This document shows, piece after piece, positions 9,919-19,670 of a DNA stretch of 64,000 nt (positions are counted from its first letter, which is position 1; each line of letters starts with the position of its first letter). The notes beneath the pieces are model-generated. The model was given only the letters and a program-made list of their open reading frames with translations. It was not told the DNA's origin and did no database searches. Origin of the DNA: Candidatus Hydrogenedens sp. Lineage in GTDB: Bacteria; Hydrogenedentota; Hydrogenedentia; Hydrogenedentales; Hydrogenedentaceae. The stretch spans positions 160,001 to 224,000 of the forward strand of contig JBMFRC010000003.1 of NCBI GenBank assembly GCA_049968235.1, in the 5' to 3' direction. Position numbers and translations under genes: made by a program.

Positions 9919-10734
9919 TTATGTGTTTAGAGGAGGAAACTCGGGCTTTACAAGTTCCTGGCTTAATACCATTTCTAACATACCAAACTTTTCATAGCGG
10001 AATTGCTCTGCATAACTATAGCCTGGGACCTTTCCTTTCTCTGCTGTATAACTTTTCACAGCGTTTGCGATTATTTGATTTCTTGTATCCTTATCTACGT
10101 TTCTCATACCTGGTAAATCGACACCTAAAGTCTTCGCTTCTAACAATAGGGAGTCAAAGGTAAGTTCCATCTGAGTTTCATGAGCCAACAAGGACTCTAC
10201 TTTCTTATCTATACTATTTGTAATATCTACGAAGGTCAGTGCATCTTCCGGCTTTTTTGCAAACCAATATGCTTCCGAAACAGAATGAGGTGGATAGAGT
10301 CCCGGTGTACCAAAGTTAGGATTGCTACTAAATGTTATTGCTTCGTAGGTAGCCATTGCAGTAACTCTGTGGTCAGGATGGTCTTCTCCTTTAGCAAAGG
10401 GATCCCAACTTAAAACTATATTTGCCTTTACCTCTCTTATCATATCTATTATTATATTTCTTATGTGTTTCCTAGGCATATCCTCCAGTTCCCCATCTAT
10501 AAAATTACCGAACCTTACTTCTTTCAATCCAAGTATTTTACCTGCCTCTATTGCTTCCTGTTTTGACAATGTAACAATTTCACTTTCCCTCAAAGTATAT
10601 GTCCCCTTTCTATTATCCGTTAGTATGAGTTCATAAACGGGAAATCCATATTCTTTTATCCACCGATATGCTGTTCCCGCACACATAAACTCCATATCGT
10701 CCCCATGAGCGACAACAACCAGAACCGTTTTCAT
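9919..10734 (-). CDS. PIG-L/LmbE-family N-acetylglucosaminyl deacetylase
   Basis: Motifs 'VVVAHGDDMEFMCAGT' and 'HPDHRVTAMAT' are characteristic of the zinc-dependent PIG-L deacetylase family. Confidence 0.75.
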   Translation of the reverse strand: MKTVLVVVAHGDDMEFMCAGTAYRWIKEYGFPVYELILTDNRKGTYTLRESEIVTLSKQEAIEAGKILGLKEVRFGNFIDGELEDMPRKHIRNIIIDMIREVKANIVLSWDPFAKGEDHPDHRVTAMATYEAITFSSNPNFGTPGLYPPHSVSEAYWFAKKPEDALTFVDITNSIDKKVESLLAHETQMELTFDSLLLEAKTLGVDLPGMRNVDKDTRNQIIANAVKSYTAEKGKVPGYSYAEQFRYEKFGMLEMVLSQELVKPEFPPLNT

Positions 10735-10760
10735 CTTTTCTTCTCCTATTATAAACTAAG

Positions 10761-10769
10761 TTATCCACA
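10761..10769. promoter_or_regulatory. Perfect DnaA box (TTATCCACA) downstream of dnaN. A one-mismatch box TTTTCCACA lies at 10915-10923.
   Basis: Exact 9-mer consensus in the AT-rich intergenic region 10735-10927. Confidence 0.5.
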
Positions 10770-10927
10770 ACTTTTTCACAGTCTATGTTAATAAAGTAAG
10801 TAAAACTTATATACTCTTTACAGTATGGATATATAAAGGTTTATAAATAAGAGACTTAAATAATAAAGTGTTAAATATAAGAAACAATACAGGAAAAATA
10901 ATTTTATTCACATGTTTTCCACAAATA

Positions 10928-12034
10928 CTATAATTTCACGGGCATTATAATATTTATATATCTCTCATCTTCCTCTGCCTCTGGAGTTAATGGCTTTATA
11001 ACACAGGGACTGCTTCCGTCTTTTACAGACATTACCAATCTATCTGTTGTTATATGGTCAACAACATCTACCAAATACTCAATATTAAATCCTGTCTTAA
11101 CTTCATCTCCATCGTATTCTACTTCTAACATATCAGAAAATTCACCTACTTCTGGATTTTGAACTTCTATATCTATACGCCCCTTTTGAACACGCACCTT
11201 TACGGACATTGTTTTCATTGCTTCTGCTCTCTTTAAAACAGATTTCCAATCTTCTGTTTTTATTATTATATGTTTACTATAATCCTTAGGTATAACAACT
11301 TCATAATTTGGAAACGTTCCCTCTATCAAACTACTTGTCAATCTCATTTTATTAAATACAAAAGATACCCTTGTCTCACCCACAAAAATCTTTATATCAC
11401 CTGTTCCATCCATTTGATTCATCAGTTCTTTTATTGTCCTCTCCGGTATTGTTATACGAACATTTCTCTTAACAGGAACACATTCCTTTTCTCTCCTGAG
11501 ACTCATTCTTTTTCCATCTGTCGCTACCACAGTAAGATTGCCCTCATTTATTTCAAATAGAACACCTGTTAATGCATACCTTGCTTCTTCTGTGCATACC
11601 GCAAATGCCACCTTACGGAACATATCTATCAACAATGATTCCGAAATAATTATTGGTTCTACATCATCTACAAACATTACAGGCGGAAATTCTTCCGGAG
11701 TCATCGATATATACTTTACTTCCGTCCTACCACTTTTAACTATTACTTGATTTTCTCCTGAGGACCTTATAATCACATCACCCTTAGGTAAATTTGAAAG
11801 TAAATTTGAAAACAAATGAGCCCTTAATGTAATTCTTCCTTCTTCTTCTATCTCACATTCCTCCAACTCCTGCTCAATGGTCATTCGAAGGTCTGTACTT
11901 GTTAATTTTAATAAACCATTTTCCGCAGTTATTAAAATAGAAGATAAAATAGGTAAAGATGATTTTGCAGGAACTGCATTTCTTACTTTTGATAATGCTT
12001 CATTTAATTTTTCCTGACTTACTGTAATTTTCAT
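10928..12034 (-). CDS. dnaN: DNA polymerase III beta subunit (sliding clamp)
   Basis: N-terminus 'MKITVSQEKLNEALSKVRNAVPAKSSLPILSSILI' and the ~368-aa three-domain clamp organisation. Confidence 0.9.
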   Translation of the reverse strand: MKITVSQEKLNEALSKVRNAVPAKSSLPILSSILITAENGLLKLTSTDLRMTIEQELEECEIEEEGRITLRAHLFSNLLSNLPKGDVIIRSSGENQVIVKSGRTEVKYISMTPEEFPPVMFVDDVEPIIISESLLIDMFRKVAFAVCTEEARYALTGVLFEINEGNLTVVATDGKRMSLRREKECVPVKRNVRITIPERTIKELMNQMDGTGDIKIFVGETRVSFVFNKMRLTSSLIEGTFPNYEVVIPKDYSKHIIIKTEDWKSVLKRAEAMKTMSVKVRVQKGRIDIEVQNPEVGEFSDMLEVEYDGDEVKTGFNIEYLVDVVDHITTDRLVMSVKDGSSPCVIKPLTPEAEEDERYINIIMPVKL

Positions 12035-12309
12035 GTTTTTCCTCCGAATGTTGCTTTCTTCTTCTTTCTTCTTAATATATTTAAAAATATTGTAGTAGTA
12101 ATAGTAGTATATGTTTATTTGTGGATAACTATAAAAGATTATCCTTTTTTGATGTTCAAAAGCAACTTTTTATTGTTAATATGTTCTTTATTTTATTGTA
12201 GAAAAGTTTGTCTTTTCCACAATAAAAAATTGATTTAATTTTTTAAGTTAATATTTTGTTAATAAAAATAAATAAATTCACAAATAAATAACAACTTTTA
12301 CATAAAAAA
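12035..12309. promoter_or_regulatory. AT-rich intergenic region with a DnaA-box cluster; candidate oriC/DNA-unwinding element upstream of dnaN
   Basis: Perfect box TGTGGATAA (12120-12128, reverse), TTATCCTTT (12139-12147) and TTTTCCACA (12213-12221). Very high AT content with A/T tracts. Confidence 0.45.
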
Positions 12310-14286
12310 CTATAACCTTACAACCCTTAAAAATTCTTCAGGTGTAACAATCCCTTCTTTAATCTTTTCTCTGCAATGGTCTGCCATTGTTTTCAATTTT
12401 GCTGTTTGTGCAATAACTTCAGGTGTAGCACCTTCTGCAATTAACTTTCTGATCTGCGGTGTGATTTCTAATAACTCAAAAATTCCTGTTCTTCCTTTGT
12501 ATCCAGTATGATAGCAATTATTACATCCCTTACCGCGGAATAACGTCTTCGTGGATAGTGGTAAACCCACTTCTTTGAGTATAGATGTTCCTGGCTTATA
12601 AGCGACCTTACATTCATCACATATTTTTCTAACAAGTCTCTGTGCAATAACTGCGGTTAAGGCGCTTGAAATGAGATAAGAGGGTATTCCCATGTTGCGT
12701 AGTGTATTTATAGCATCAGGCGCATCGTTTGTGTGTAGTGTACTAAATACAAGATGTCCTGTCATTGCTGCCCTGATTGCTATATGAGCTGTCTCCGTGT
12801 CACGTATTTCTCCTACAAGAATAACATCCACATCCTGCCTGAGAGCTGCCCGCAATGTGTTTGCAAAAGTAACATTAATATCCGGATCAATCTGAACCTG
12901 ATTAATACCCGACAGCTGATATTCAACAGGGTCTTCGAGAGTAACGATACTCTCTGTCATAACATTTTTCTGATTCAGGGCAGCGTATAAAGTAGTTGTT
13001 TTACCGCTCCCCGTAGGGCCAGTAACGAGAATCATTCCATAGGGCTGTGCAATAAGTTTAATAAAACGGTTTTGTTCTTTCTCGGATATTCCTAAATCTC
13101 CAATACCTGACATCACAGCAGATTGGTCTAATAATCGTAAAACAACACGCTCGCCTAAGAATGTTGGTAATGTTGCAACTCTTATATCTAACTCTCTTCC
13201 TTCGACTTCGAGGTTCATGTGTCCATCCTGCGGATGCCGGGTTTCTGTTATGTCAAGGTCAGAAAGAATTTTCACACGGGAGACAACTGCATTTTGCATA
13301 GAAGGGGGGATGCTCATAACATCATGTAATATACCATCAATACGGTAACGTACGCGCATCTCAGGTTCCTGTGGGTCAAGATGAATGTCTGTAGCACCTG
13401 CTTTTACTGCACCTTCGAGAATCGTTTTTACTGTATTGATAGCTGATGTGCCGGACGCTTCTTTCGCTATTTGTTCAAACCTTTTATCTACTTCATTACT
13501 TTTAGCCTCAGTTTTCTTCATACTCGGCTCCGCATCCATAATTTCACCCTTTCTCTTTTGCTTGTCTATCTTCTCAACTTTTTTTACTTCTTTTACCACA
13601 GGTTTTATCTCTTCATTTGTTTCATTTATTACTGCTATCCCCCTATACCACTTTTCAATAACAGCAGACATATCATCAACCGCTGTCAGCATAGGATAGA
13701 TTCGTTTCCCTGTGAGTACAGATAAGTCCTTCGTCTTTTGAACATTCTGCGGTGTGGAAATGAGAACACTTACCTTATCCCCCTCGATATATACAGGAAG
13801 TACCTGATAACGACGGGCTAAAGCCTCAGAGATTGCATTCAGAGCATTCGGGTCCGGTTTCACAGTTTTAATATCTACATATTCAAGATTGTGCTGTTTG
13901 GCAAGAGTTTTACATATGTCCTCCCTTGTAACATAGCCAAGTTCGAGAAGAATATTTCCCAATAGACGGTTGGTTCTCCTCTGGACTCGGAGTGCTTCTT
14001 CCAATTGTCCTTTTGTGATTACACCATCATCAAGAAGAGCCATCCCCAGAGATTTGTGTTTTTCTTGAGTATCCCGCGAGTGCCATTCATAACGAAGGAC
14101 ATCTTCAATAACGGAAAAGGTAACTTTACCCATCTGGATGAGTTGCTTGTGCCAGGGAACACCGCTAATTTTTTCCCGTTCACGAACCCTGTCAAGTTCC
14201 TCTTGAGTAATATACTCACCTTTTACAAGACCTTCTGCTATCTTACTATCATTGGTTCTTTCATCAGACATATTTCCTGCTCCCAC
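12310..14286 (-). CDS. GspE/PilB-family secretion ATPase (type II secretion / type IV pilus assembly) with tandem N-terminal GSPII domains and C-terminal CxxC zinc finger
   Basis: Walker A 'GPTGSGKTTTLYAAL'. Asp-box and His-box regions present. Two N-terminal T2SE_Nter-like segments. C-terminal 'CDECK...CNNC'. Confidence 0.85.
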   Translation of the reverse strand: MGAGNMSDERTNDSKIAEGLVKGEYITQEELDRVREREKISGVPWHKQLIQMGKVTFSVIEDVLRYEWHSRDTQEKHKSLGMALLDDGVITKGQLEEALRVQRRTNRLLGNILLELGYVTREDICKTLAKQHNLEYVDIKTVKPDPNALNAISEALARRYQVLPVYIEGDKVSVLISTPQNVQKTKDLSVLTGKRIYPMLTAVDDMSAVIEKWYRGIAVINETNEEIKPVVKEVKKVEKIDKQKRKGEIMDAEPSMKKTEAKSNEVDKRFEQIAKEASGTSAINTVKTILEGAVKAGATDIHLDPQEPEMRVRYRIDGILHDVMSIPPSMQNAVVSRVKILSDLDITETRHPQDGHMNLEVEGRELDIRVATLPTFLGERVVLRLLDQSAVMSGIGDLGISEKEQNRFIKLIAQPYGMILVTGPTGSGKTTTLYAALNQKNVMTESIVTLEDPVEYQLSGINQVQIDPDINVTFANTLRAALRQDVDVILVGEIRDTETAHIAIRAAMTGHLVFSTLHTNDAPDAINTLRNMGIPSYLISSALTAVIAQRLVRKICDECKVAYKPGTSILKEVGLPLSTKTLFRGKGCNNCYHTGYKGRTGIFELLEITPQIRKLIAEGATPEVIAQTAKLKTMADHCREKIKEGIVTPEEFLRVVRL

Positions 14287-14454
14287 ATGATTAAAAAAAC
14301 AAATAAATTATACAATAATTATGTTAAAAGAAATTATATATGCAATATACAAATTACAGAGTAAAAAAGTCAAGAATTTTTTGCTATATTATCTTATTGC
14401 AAAACGATACGAATAATCGGTAATATTCTTACAGAATTTTTATAAGGACTGGTA

Positions 14455-16269
14455 ATGAAGATACTCGGAATTTCTGCATTTTATCATGATAGTGCCTCCG
14501 CACTACTAATTGATGGTGAAATAATCTCTGCGGCACAGGAGGAACGGTTTACAAGAAAGAAGCATGACCCTCGTTTCCCTAAAAACGCAATTGAGTATTG
14601 TTTAAGAGAAGGAAATATAGAAATATCTGATGTTGACTGTATTGCCTTTTATGATAAACCTTTTTTGAAATTTGAACGACTGTTGATGACCTATCTTGGA
14701 ACTGCTCCTGCAGGACTATCTTCCTTCTTTGTTCAGATGCCTTCATGGCTTTCAGAAAAACTAAACATGCGGGGAACTATTCGGAAGGAATTGAACTATC
14801 AAGGAGAAATACTATTCTCTACACATCACTTATCCCACGCCGCATCTGCATTTTATCCAAGCCCCTTTGAAGAAAGTGCTATTATTACTTTAGACGGTGT
14901 TGGAGAATGGGCGACATCTGCTTATGGTGTCGGTCAGGGGAATAAAATAAAGTTATTAAAGGAGATTCGTTTTCCACATTCCTTAGGTCTGCTTTATTCT
15001 GCTTTTACCTATTTCACAGGTTTTAAGGTGAATAGCGGTGAATATAAACTCATGGGACTGGCTCCCTATGGAGAGCCGAAGTATGTGGATGTGATAAAGA
15101 AAGAACTTGTGGATATACATGAAGATGGTTCTTTCCGCCTTAATTTGAAATATTTCGATTATTGTGCGGGTCTGAAAATGACCAACAATCGGTTTGCCAA
15201 ACTTTTTGGTGGTCCCCCGCGAAAACCGGAATCGAAGATTACGCAAAGGGAAATGGATTTAGCCAAATCCATACAAATTGTTACGGAAGAAATTGTCCTG
15301 AAAATTGCAAGGCATGTGCATAAAGAGACAGGTATGAAAAAATTAGCCATGTCCGGTGGTGTTACACTGAACTGCGTTGCCAACGGTAGATTATTGAGAG
15401 AAGGACCTTTTGACGAAATATGGATACAGCCCTGTGCCAGTGATGGAGGGAACGCCCTGGGTTGTGCCTTACTGGCATGGCATCAGGTATATGGTAAAGA
15501 GCGTATAGCTCATTCGCGACGACAAAAAGCCAGTTATTTAGGTCCATCGTTTTCTGATGAGGAGATTGAGAAGTTCCTGAGAGAAGAAAATATTCCGTAT
15601 GAAAAACTATCGGAACAAGAGATTGCGACACGCGTCGCACAACTGATAGCCGAAGAGAAAGTTGTTGGTTGGTTTCAGGGGAGAATGGAATTCGGACCGC
15701 GTGCACTGGGAGCACGGAGTATTTTAGGGGATGCACGTTCCCGTGAGATGCAATCTGTACTAAATCTCAAAATAAAGTTCCGTGAGTCGTTTCGTCCCTT
15801 TGCTCCTACGGTGTTGTGCGAATATGCAGATGAATACTTCGAACTTAATGGGGCAGAAAGCCCGTATATGTTATTGGTTGCAAATGTTCGAAAAGAACAC
15901 CTTCGCAAACTTACGGAGGATGAACAGAAAGCCACAGGTTTTGATAAATTAAAGGTGATACGCTCCGACATTCCCGCTGTTACGCATGTTGATAATTCTG
16001 CACGCATACAAACCATTCGTCGGGAAGACCATCCCCGATATTATGATATGATAAAAGCCTTTTATGAAAAGACAGGTTGTCCCGTTATTATCAATACTTC
16101 TTTTAATGTTCGAGGGGAACCGATTGTTTGCACACCGCAGGAGGCATATACCTGCTTTATGAGAACACATATGGATTACCTTTGTTTAGGTTCATTCCTT
16201 CTGGATAAAACAAAACAAAAAGCATGGAAAGATGAAGTGGACTGGAAAAAAGAATTTGAATTGGATTAA
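14455..16269 (+). CDS. Carbamoyltransferase (NodU/CmcH/TobZ family)
   Basis: N-terminal Kae1/YgjD-like motif 'KILGISAFYHDSASALLIDGEIISAAQEERFTRKKHD'. The ~600-aa length and C-terminal carbamoyltransferase domain fit the family. Confidence 0.85.
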   Translation: MKILGISAFYHDSASALLIDGEIISAAQEERFTRKKHDPRFPKNAIEYCLREGNIEISDVDCIAFYDKPFLKFERLLMTYLGTAPAGLSSFFVQMPSWLSEKLNMRGTIRKELNYQGEILFSTHHLSHAASAFYPSPFEESAIITLDGVGEWATSAYGVGQGNKIKLLKEIRFPHSLGLLYSAFTYFTGFKVNSGEYKLMGLAPYGEPKYVDVIKKELVDIHEDGSFRLNLKYFDYCAGLKMTNNRFAKLFGGPPRKPESKITQREMDLAKSIQIVTEEIVLKIARHVHKETGMKKLAMSGGVTLNCVANGRLLREGPFDEIWIQPCASDGGNALGCALLAWHQVYGKERIAHSRRQKASYLGPSFSDEEIEKFLREENIPYEKLSEQEIATRVAQLIAEEKVVGWFQGRMEFGPRALGARSILGDARSREMQSVLNLKIKFRESFRPFAPTVLCEYADEYFELNGAESPYMLLVANVRKEHLRKLTEDEQKATGFDKLKVIRSDIPAVTHVDNSARIQTIRREDHPRYYDMIKAFYEKTGCPVIINTSFNVRGEPIVCTPQEAYTCFMRTHMDYLCLGSFLLDKTKQKAWKDEVDWKKEFELD

Positions 16270-16274
16270 ATACT

Positions 16275-16688
16275 ATGGCTCTAAAGATGAATTATACGGA
16301 CAAGAAAGAACAGCGTAAATTCGGGTTGCTTGTGGGTGTCGTGTTCATCATAATCGGAACTATACGTTGGGCGATTCATGGCTTTATTGGGATACCTTAT
16401 GTATGGTGGGGTATTGGTGGAACTTTAATTCTTTTAGGTATCCTTTTCCCAAAGATCCTCCAACCCGTTTTCTTCCTCTGGATGAAATTAGCGGAAGCAT
16501 TAAATTGGGTAATGACACGGTTTTTCTTGTTTGTCGCTTTTTATCTGGTTATTACTCCCACAGGCATACTTTATCGGTTGTTCAAAGGAGACCCTTTGAA
16601 TCGTCAATGGCTTTCTAAAGATGTAACATATTGGGATGAGGTAGAAACACAGCCTGAAAATATAGATGAATTTCGCAGGCAATTTTAA
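16275..16688 (+). CDS. Small membrane protein resembling SxtJ (a partner commonly encoded after carbamoyltransferase genes)
   Basis: 137 aa, three predicted TM helices, and a position immediately 3' of the carbamoyltransferase. I recall the similarity to SxtJ-like proteins from memory and have not verified it. Confidence 0.4.
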   Translation: MALKMNYTDKKEQRKFGLLVGVVFIIIGTIRWAIHGFIGIPYVWWGIGGTLILLGILFPKILQPVFFLWMKLAEALNWVMTRFFLFVAFYLVITPTGILYRLFKGDPLNRQWLSKDVTYWDEVETQPENIDEFRRQF

Positions 16689-16724
16689 TTGAACATAAAA
16701 CTTAACAGGATAGGAGGTTATATT

Positions 16725-17903
16725 ATGGAACATGTTGTTATTACATCAGGTGTTCGTACCGCAATTGGTTCGTTTGGTGGAAGTCTCAAAGATTACCCTG
16801 CACCTGACCTTGCGGGTCTCGTTGTAAAAGAAGCCCTTCAACGGAGTAAAGTAGAACCCGATGCAGTCGGCGATGTCATTATCGGTCAGTGTATGCAACG
16901 GACGGATGAATTGCCGACAGGTAGGCTTGCTGCGTTAAAAGCAGGTTTACCTACACAGGTGCCCGGTATAACGATACAGAGGAACTGCGCCTCAGGAATG
17001 CAAGCCATTGTTTACTCCGCACAACAAATTATGCTCGGTGATATGGACATTGCGGTAGCAGGTGGTGTAGAGATTATGAGCCGTGTCCCCTATACTGTGG
17101 ATAAGGCACGCTGGGGCATACGCCTGCAACATGCCACACTTGCAGATGGTGTCTGGGATGGACTTACCGATTCATGGAGCGGTCTTATCATGGGGCTAAC
17201 CGCAGAAAATTTAGCAGAGAAATACAATATCACCCGCGAAGAACAGGATACAATCGCATTAAAGTCTCACAATTGTGCTGAGAAAGCCATCAAGGAAGGA
17301 AAGTTCAAAGAGGAAATTCTTCCTGTGGAGATAAAAGGTAAAAAAGGAAGTGTTACTATTTTCGAGCAGGATGAACATGTGCGTATGGGGTTAACAATGG
17401 AACAGTTAGCCTCTCTGAAACCTTCTTTTAAGAAAGAGGGTACCGTTACTGCTGGCAATGCCTCCGGTATTAACGACGCAGGATGTGCGGTCGTTTTAAT
17501 GAGTGAGAAGGAAGCCAATCGCAGAGGATTGGAACCGTTAGGTCGCCTTGTTTCGTATGCTGTAGCCGGGGTGGAACCTGAACTTATGGGATACGGTCCC
17601 GTACCCGCTACAAAAAAGGCGTTGGAAAAAGCAAAGATGAAATTAGATGATATTGAACTGATAGAACTAAACGAAGCCTTCGCATCACAATACCTCGCCT
17701 GTGAAAAATTGTTAGGGCTAAATCGCGATATTACCAATGTGAACGGTTCCGGCATTGCCTTAGGTCATCCCGTCGGTTGCACAGGTGCTCGAATTGTATT
17801 ATCCCTGCTTAATGAAATGAAACGAAGAAACCTCAAATACGGACTCGCTACACTCTGCGTTGGTGGTGGTATGGGGATGACCACAATCTGGGCACGGGAC
17901 TAA
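16725..17903 (+). CDS. Acetyl-CoA C-acetyltransferase (thiolase II)
   Basis: Motifs 'VITSGVRTAIGSFGGSL', 'NASGINDAGCAVVLMSE' and 'GHPVGCTGARIVLSLLNEM', ending 'CVGGGMGMTTIW'. GGAGG RBS before the ATG at 16725. Confidence 0.9.
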   Translation: MEHVVITSGVRTAIGSFGGSLKDYPAPDLAGLVVKEALQRSKVEPDAVGDVIIGQCMQRTDELPTGRLAALKAGLPTQVPGITIQRNCASGMQAIVYSAQQIMLGDMDIAVAGGVEIMSRVPYTVDKARWGIRLQHATLADGVWDGLTDSWSGLIMGLTAENLAEKYNITREEQDTIALKSHNCAEKAIKEGKFKEEILPVEIKGKKGSVTIFEQDEHVRMGLTMEQLASLKPSFKKEGTVTAGNASGINDAGCAVVLMSEKEANRRGLEPLGRLVSYAVAGVEPELMGYGPVPATKKALEKAKMKLDDIELIELNEAFASQYLACEKLLGLNRDITNVNGSGIALGHPVGCTGARIVLSLLNEMKRRNLKYGLATLCVGGGMGMTTIWARD

Positions 17904-18050
17904 AAAAGAAGTTATAACTCTCGTGTAAACGGTTGAGATGGTATAATGATACGATACAAGACTATTAAACGGTAGAAATTTTTGGAACGAAAATTAAAAA
18001 TTTCCCATAAACATTATAAGTAATAATAATTAAATGATGGATTTAGTCCT

Positions 18051-19538
18051 ATGAAAAACCTGCATATTGTAGCGTTTTTGCTCATTTTTGCATGTATTGT
18101 ATCTTTATGTATCGGTTGCACACGCACACGAATACCTCTCACAAAGATAGAAGTCCCTATGGTTGCTGTCCCTCTACCGGAACTACCCCTGCCCTTGCCC
18201 AAAATACCCCTGTTGATGAGTGGTGAAGGCGATTATCGGCTATTACCCTGGAAAAAAGCATTTAATAGGCTTTGTGACCAGATAGAACGCGAATATCCAT
18301 ATACAGAATGGAAAAATATAAATTGGGATGACTTGCGGTCGAAGTATTTGGAAAAAATAGCACAGGCAAAAGAGAAAAAAAATCGCGATGCCTACTATCT
18401 TGCCCTCCGTGAATTTATGTATTCCATCCCTGATGCCAATGTCCGCATAGAAACAAATGAATCCGTTCTTGCTTCATCTATCGGTGGCGGTTATGGCTTT
18501 GCTATGACACGAACCGATAATGGAGAATACCGGGTGTTTTATATCCAACCGGATAGTTCAGCGGACAAAGTGGGTATGAAACCCGGTGCAAAACTTTTGC
18601 AATGGAATAATATCCCAATAGAACAGGCTGTTCAGGAAACATCCGTCCTCTGGGCAGATAATCCACCAGCGACGAAGGAAGGAAAATTATACGAGCAATG
18701 TAAACTTTTGGGAAGAGCACCGGTTGATACAGAAATTGAAGTAACTTTTTTAAATCCATCACAAACAGAGCCCATAGTTGCAAAATTGAAGGCACAAAAG
18801 GACGACTATGCTACCTTGCAAATTCCGGTGTGGGATAAAGTCCATGTGGGTCCTACTGATAATCCCTTACAAAAGAAGAAACTGGAAGGGTCTTATGGAT
18901 ATGTTCGCATTCTCTTCTTTTCCCCGAGTATCACCACACCGTTCCCTGCACAGGCATTCCAAAAAATTGTTAGTGATTTTATCCGTGATGGTGTTCCCGG
19001 TCTTATCATTGACCTACGCGGAAATACAGGTGGTGACCCGGAATTAATTCCACGCTTCGCAGGATATTTTGTTGAAGAAGAAACCTTCTTGCACGACCTT
19101 GCTTTTTATAGCAAAAAAGAAAAGGGATTTAAAGTAAGCCCGGGCGATAGGCTGGTTATTAAGCCATTACCTATACGGTATCGGGGAAATATCGTTGTTC
19201 TTGTAGATTATGGCACAGCAGGCTGTGCAGAAGGATTTGTTTCCGTTTTAAGTAAACAAAAGAATGTCCAGATTATTGGAATGTGCAATACAAGAGGTGC
19301 AATGGGTGTTCCCGGTGGTGATGTGCGTATGCCGGAAGGCATTACTGTTTCATATCCCGTTGCTCGTTCACTTGATAAAGATGGACAGGTGCAGATTGAA
19401 GCCAATGCACAGGGCGAAGGTGGAATTGCTCCAACAATAAAAATACCCATGAATGAAGACAATCTACAAAAAATCTTTATAGATAAAAAAGACATTATCT
19501 TAGAACGGGCAATAGAATATCTAAATAGCAAGAAATAA
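18051..19538 (+). CDS. S41-family peptidase, lipoprotein
   Basis: Lipobox 'LCIGC'. S41 motifs 'LIIDLRGNTGGDPELI' and 'NIVVLVDYGTAGCAEGF'. Confidence 0.7.
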   Translation: MKNLHIVAFLLIFACIVSLCIGCTRTRIPLTKIEVPMVAVPLPELPLPLPKIPLLMSGEGDYRLLPWKKAFNRLCDQIEREYPYTEWKNINWDDLRSKYLEKIAQAKEKKNRDAYYLALREFMYSIPDANVRIETNESVLASSIGGGYGFAMTRTDNGEYRVFYIQPDSSADKVGMKPGAKLLQWNNIPIEQAVQETSVLWADNPPATKEGKLYEQCKLLGRAPVDTEIEVTFLNPSQTEPIVAKLKAQKDDYATLQIPVWDKVHVGPTDNPLQKKKLEGSYGYVRILFFSPSITTPFPAQAFQKIVSDFIRDGVPGLIIDLRGNTGGDPELIPRFAGYFVEEETFLHDLAFYSKKEKGFKVSPGDRLVIKPLPIRYRGNIVVLVDYGTAGCAEGFVSVLSKQKNVQIIGMCNTRGAMGVPGGDVRMPEGITVSYPVARSLDKDGQVQIEANAQGEGGIAPTIKIPMNEDNLQKIFIDKKDIILERAIEYLNSKK

Positions 19539-19670
19539 AAAACCCCTCCTGTTAAAGGTCCAAATTGTTCGAGTTGTAGAACGCGTCTTGCTTATCCGGT
19601 ACCCTACAAGAATTTGACAATCTCTAATTTTATGTGCATTATAATAAAGAAAAAGATTATGGGACCTGAT

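Noticed and set aside
15362-16170. Minus-strand ORFs (124, 113, 73 aa) within the carbamoyltransferase gene
   Set aside because: They overlap a high-confidence gene and have no independent support.
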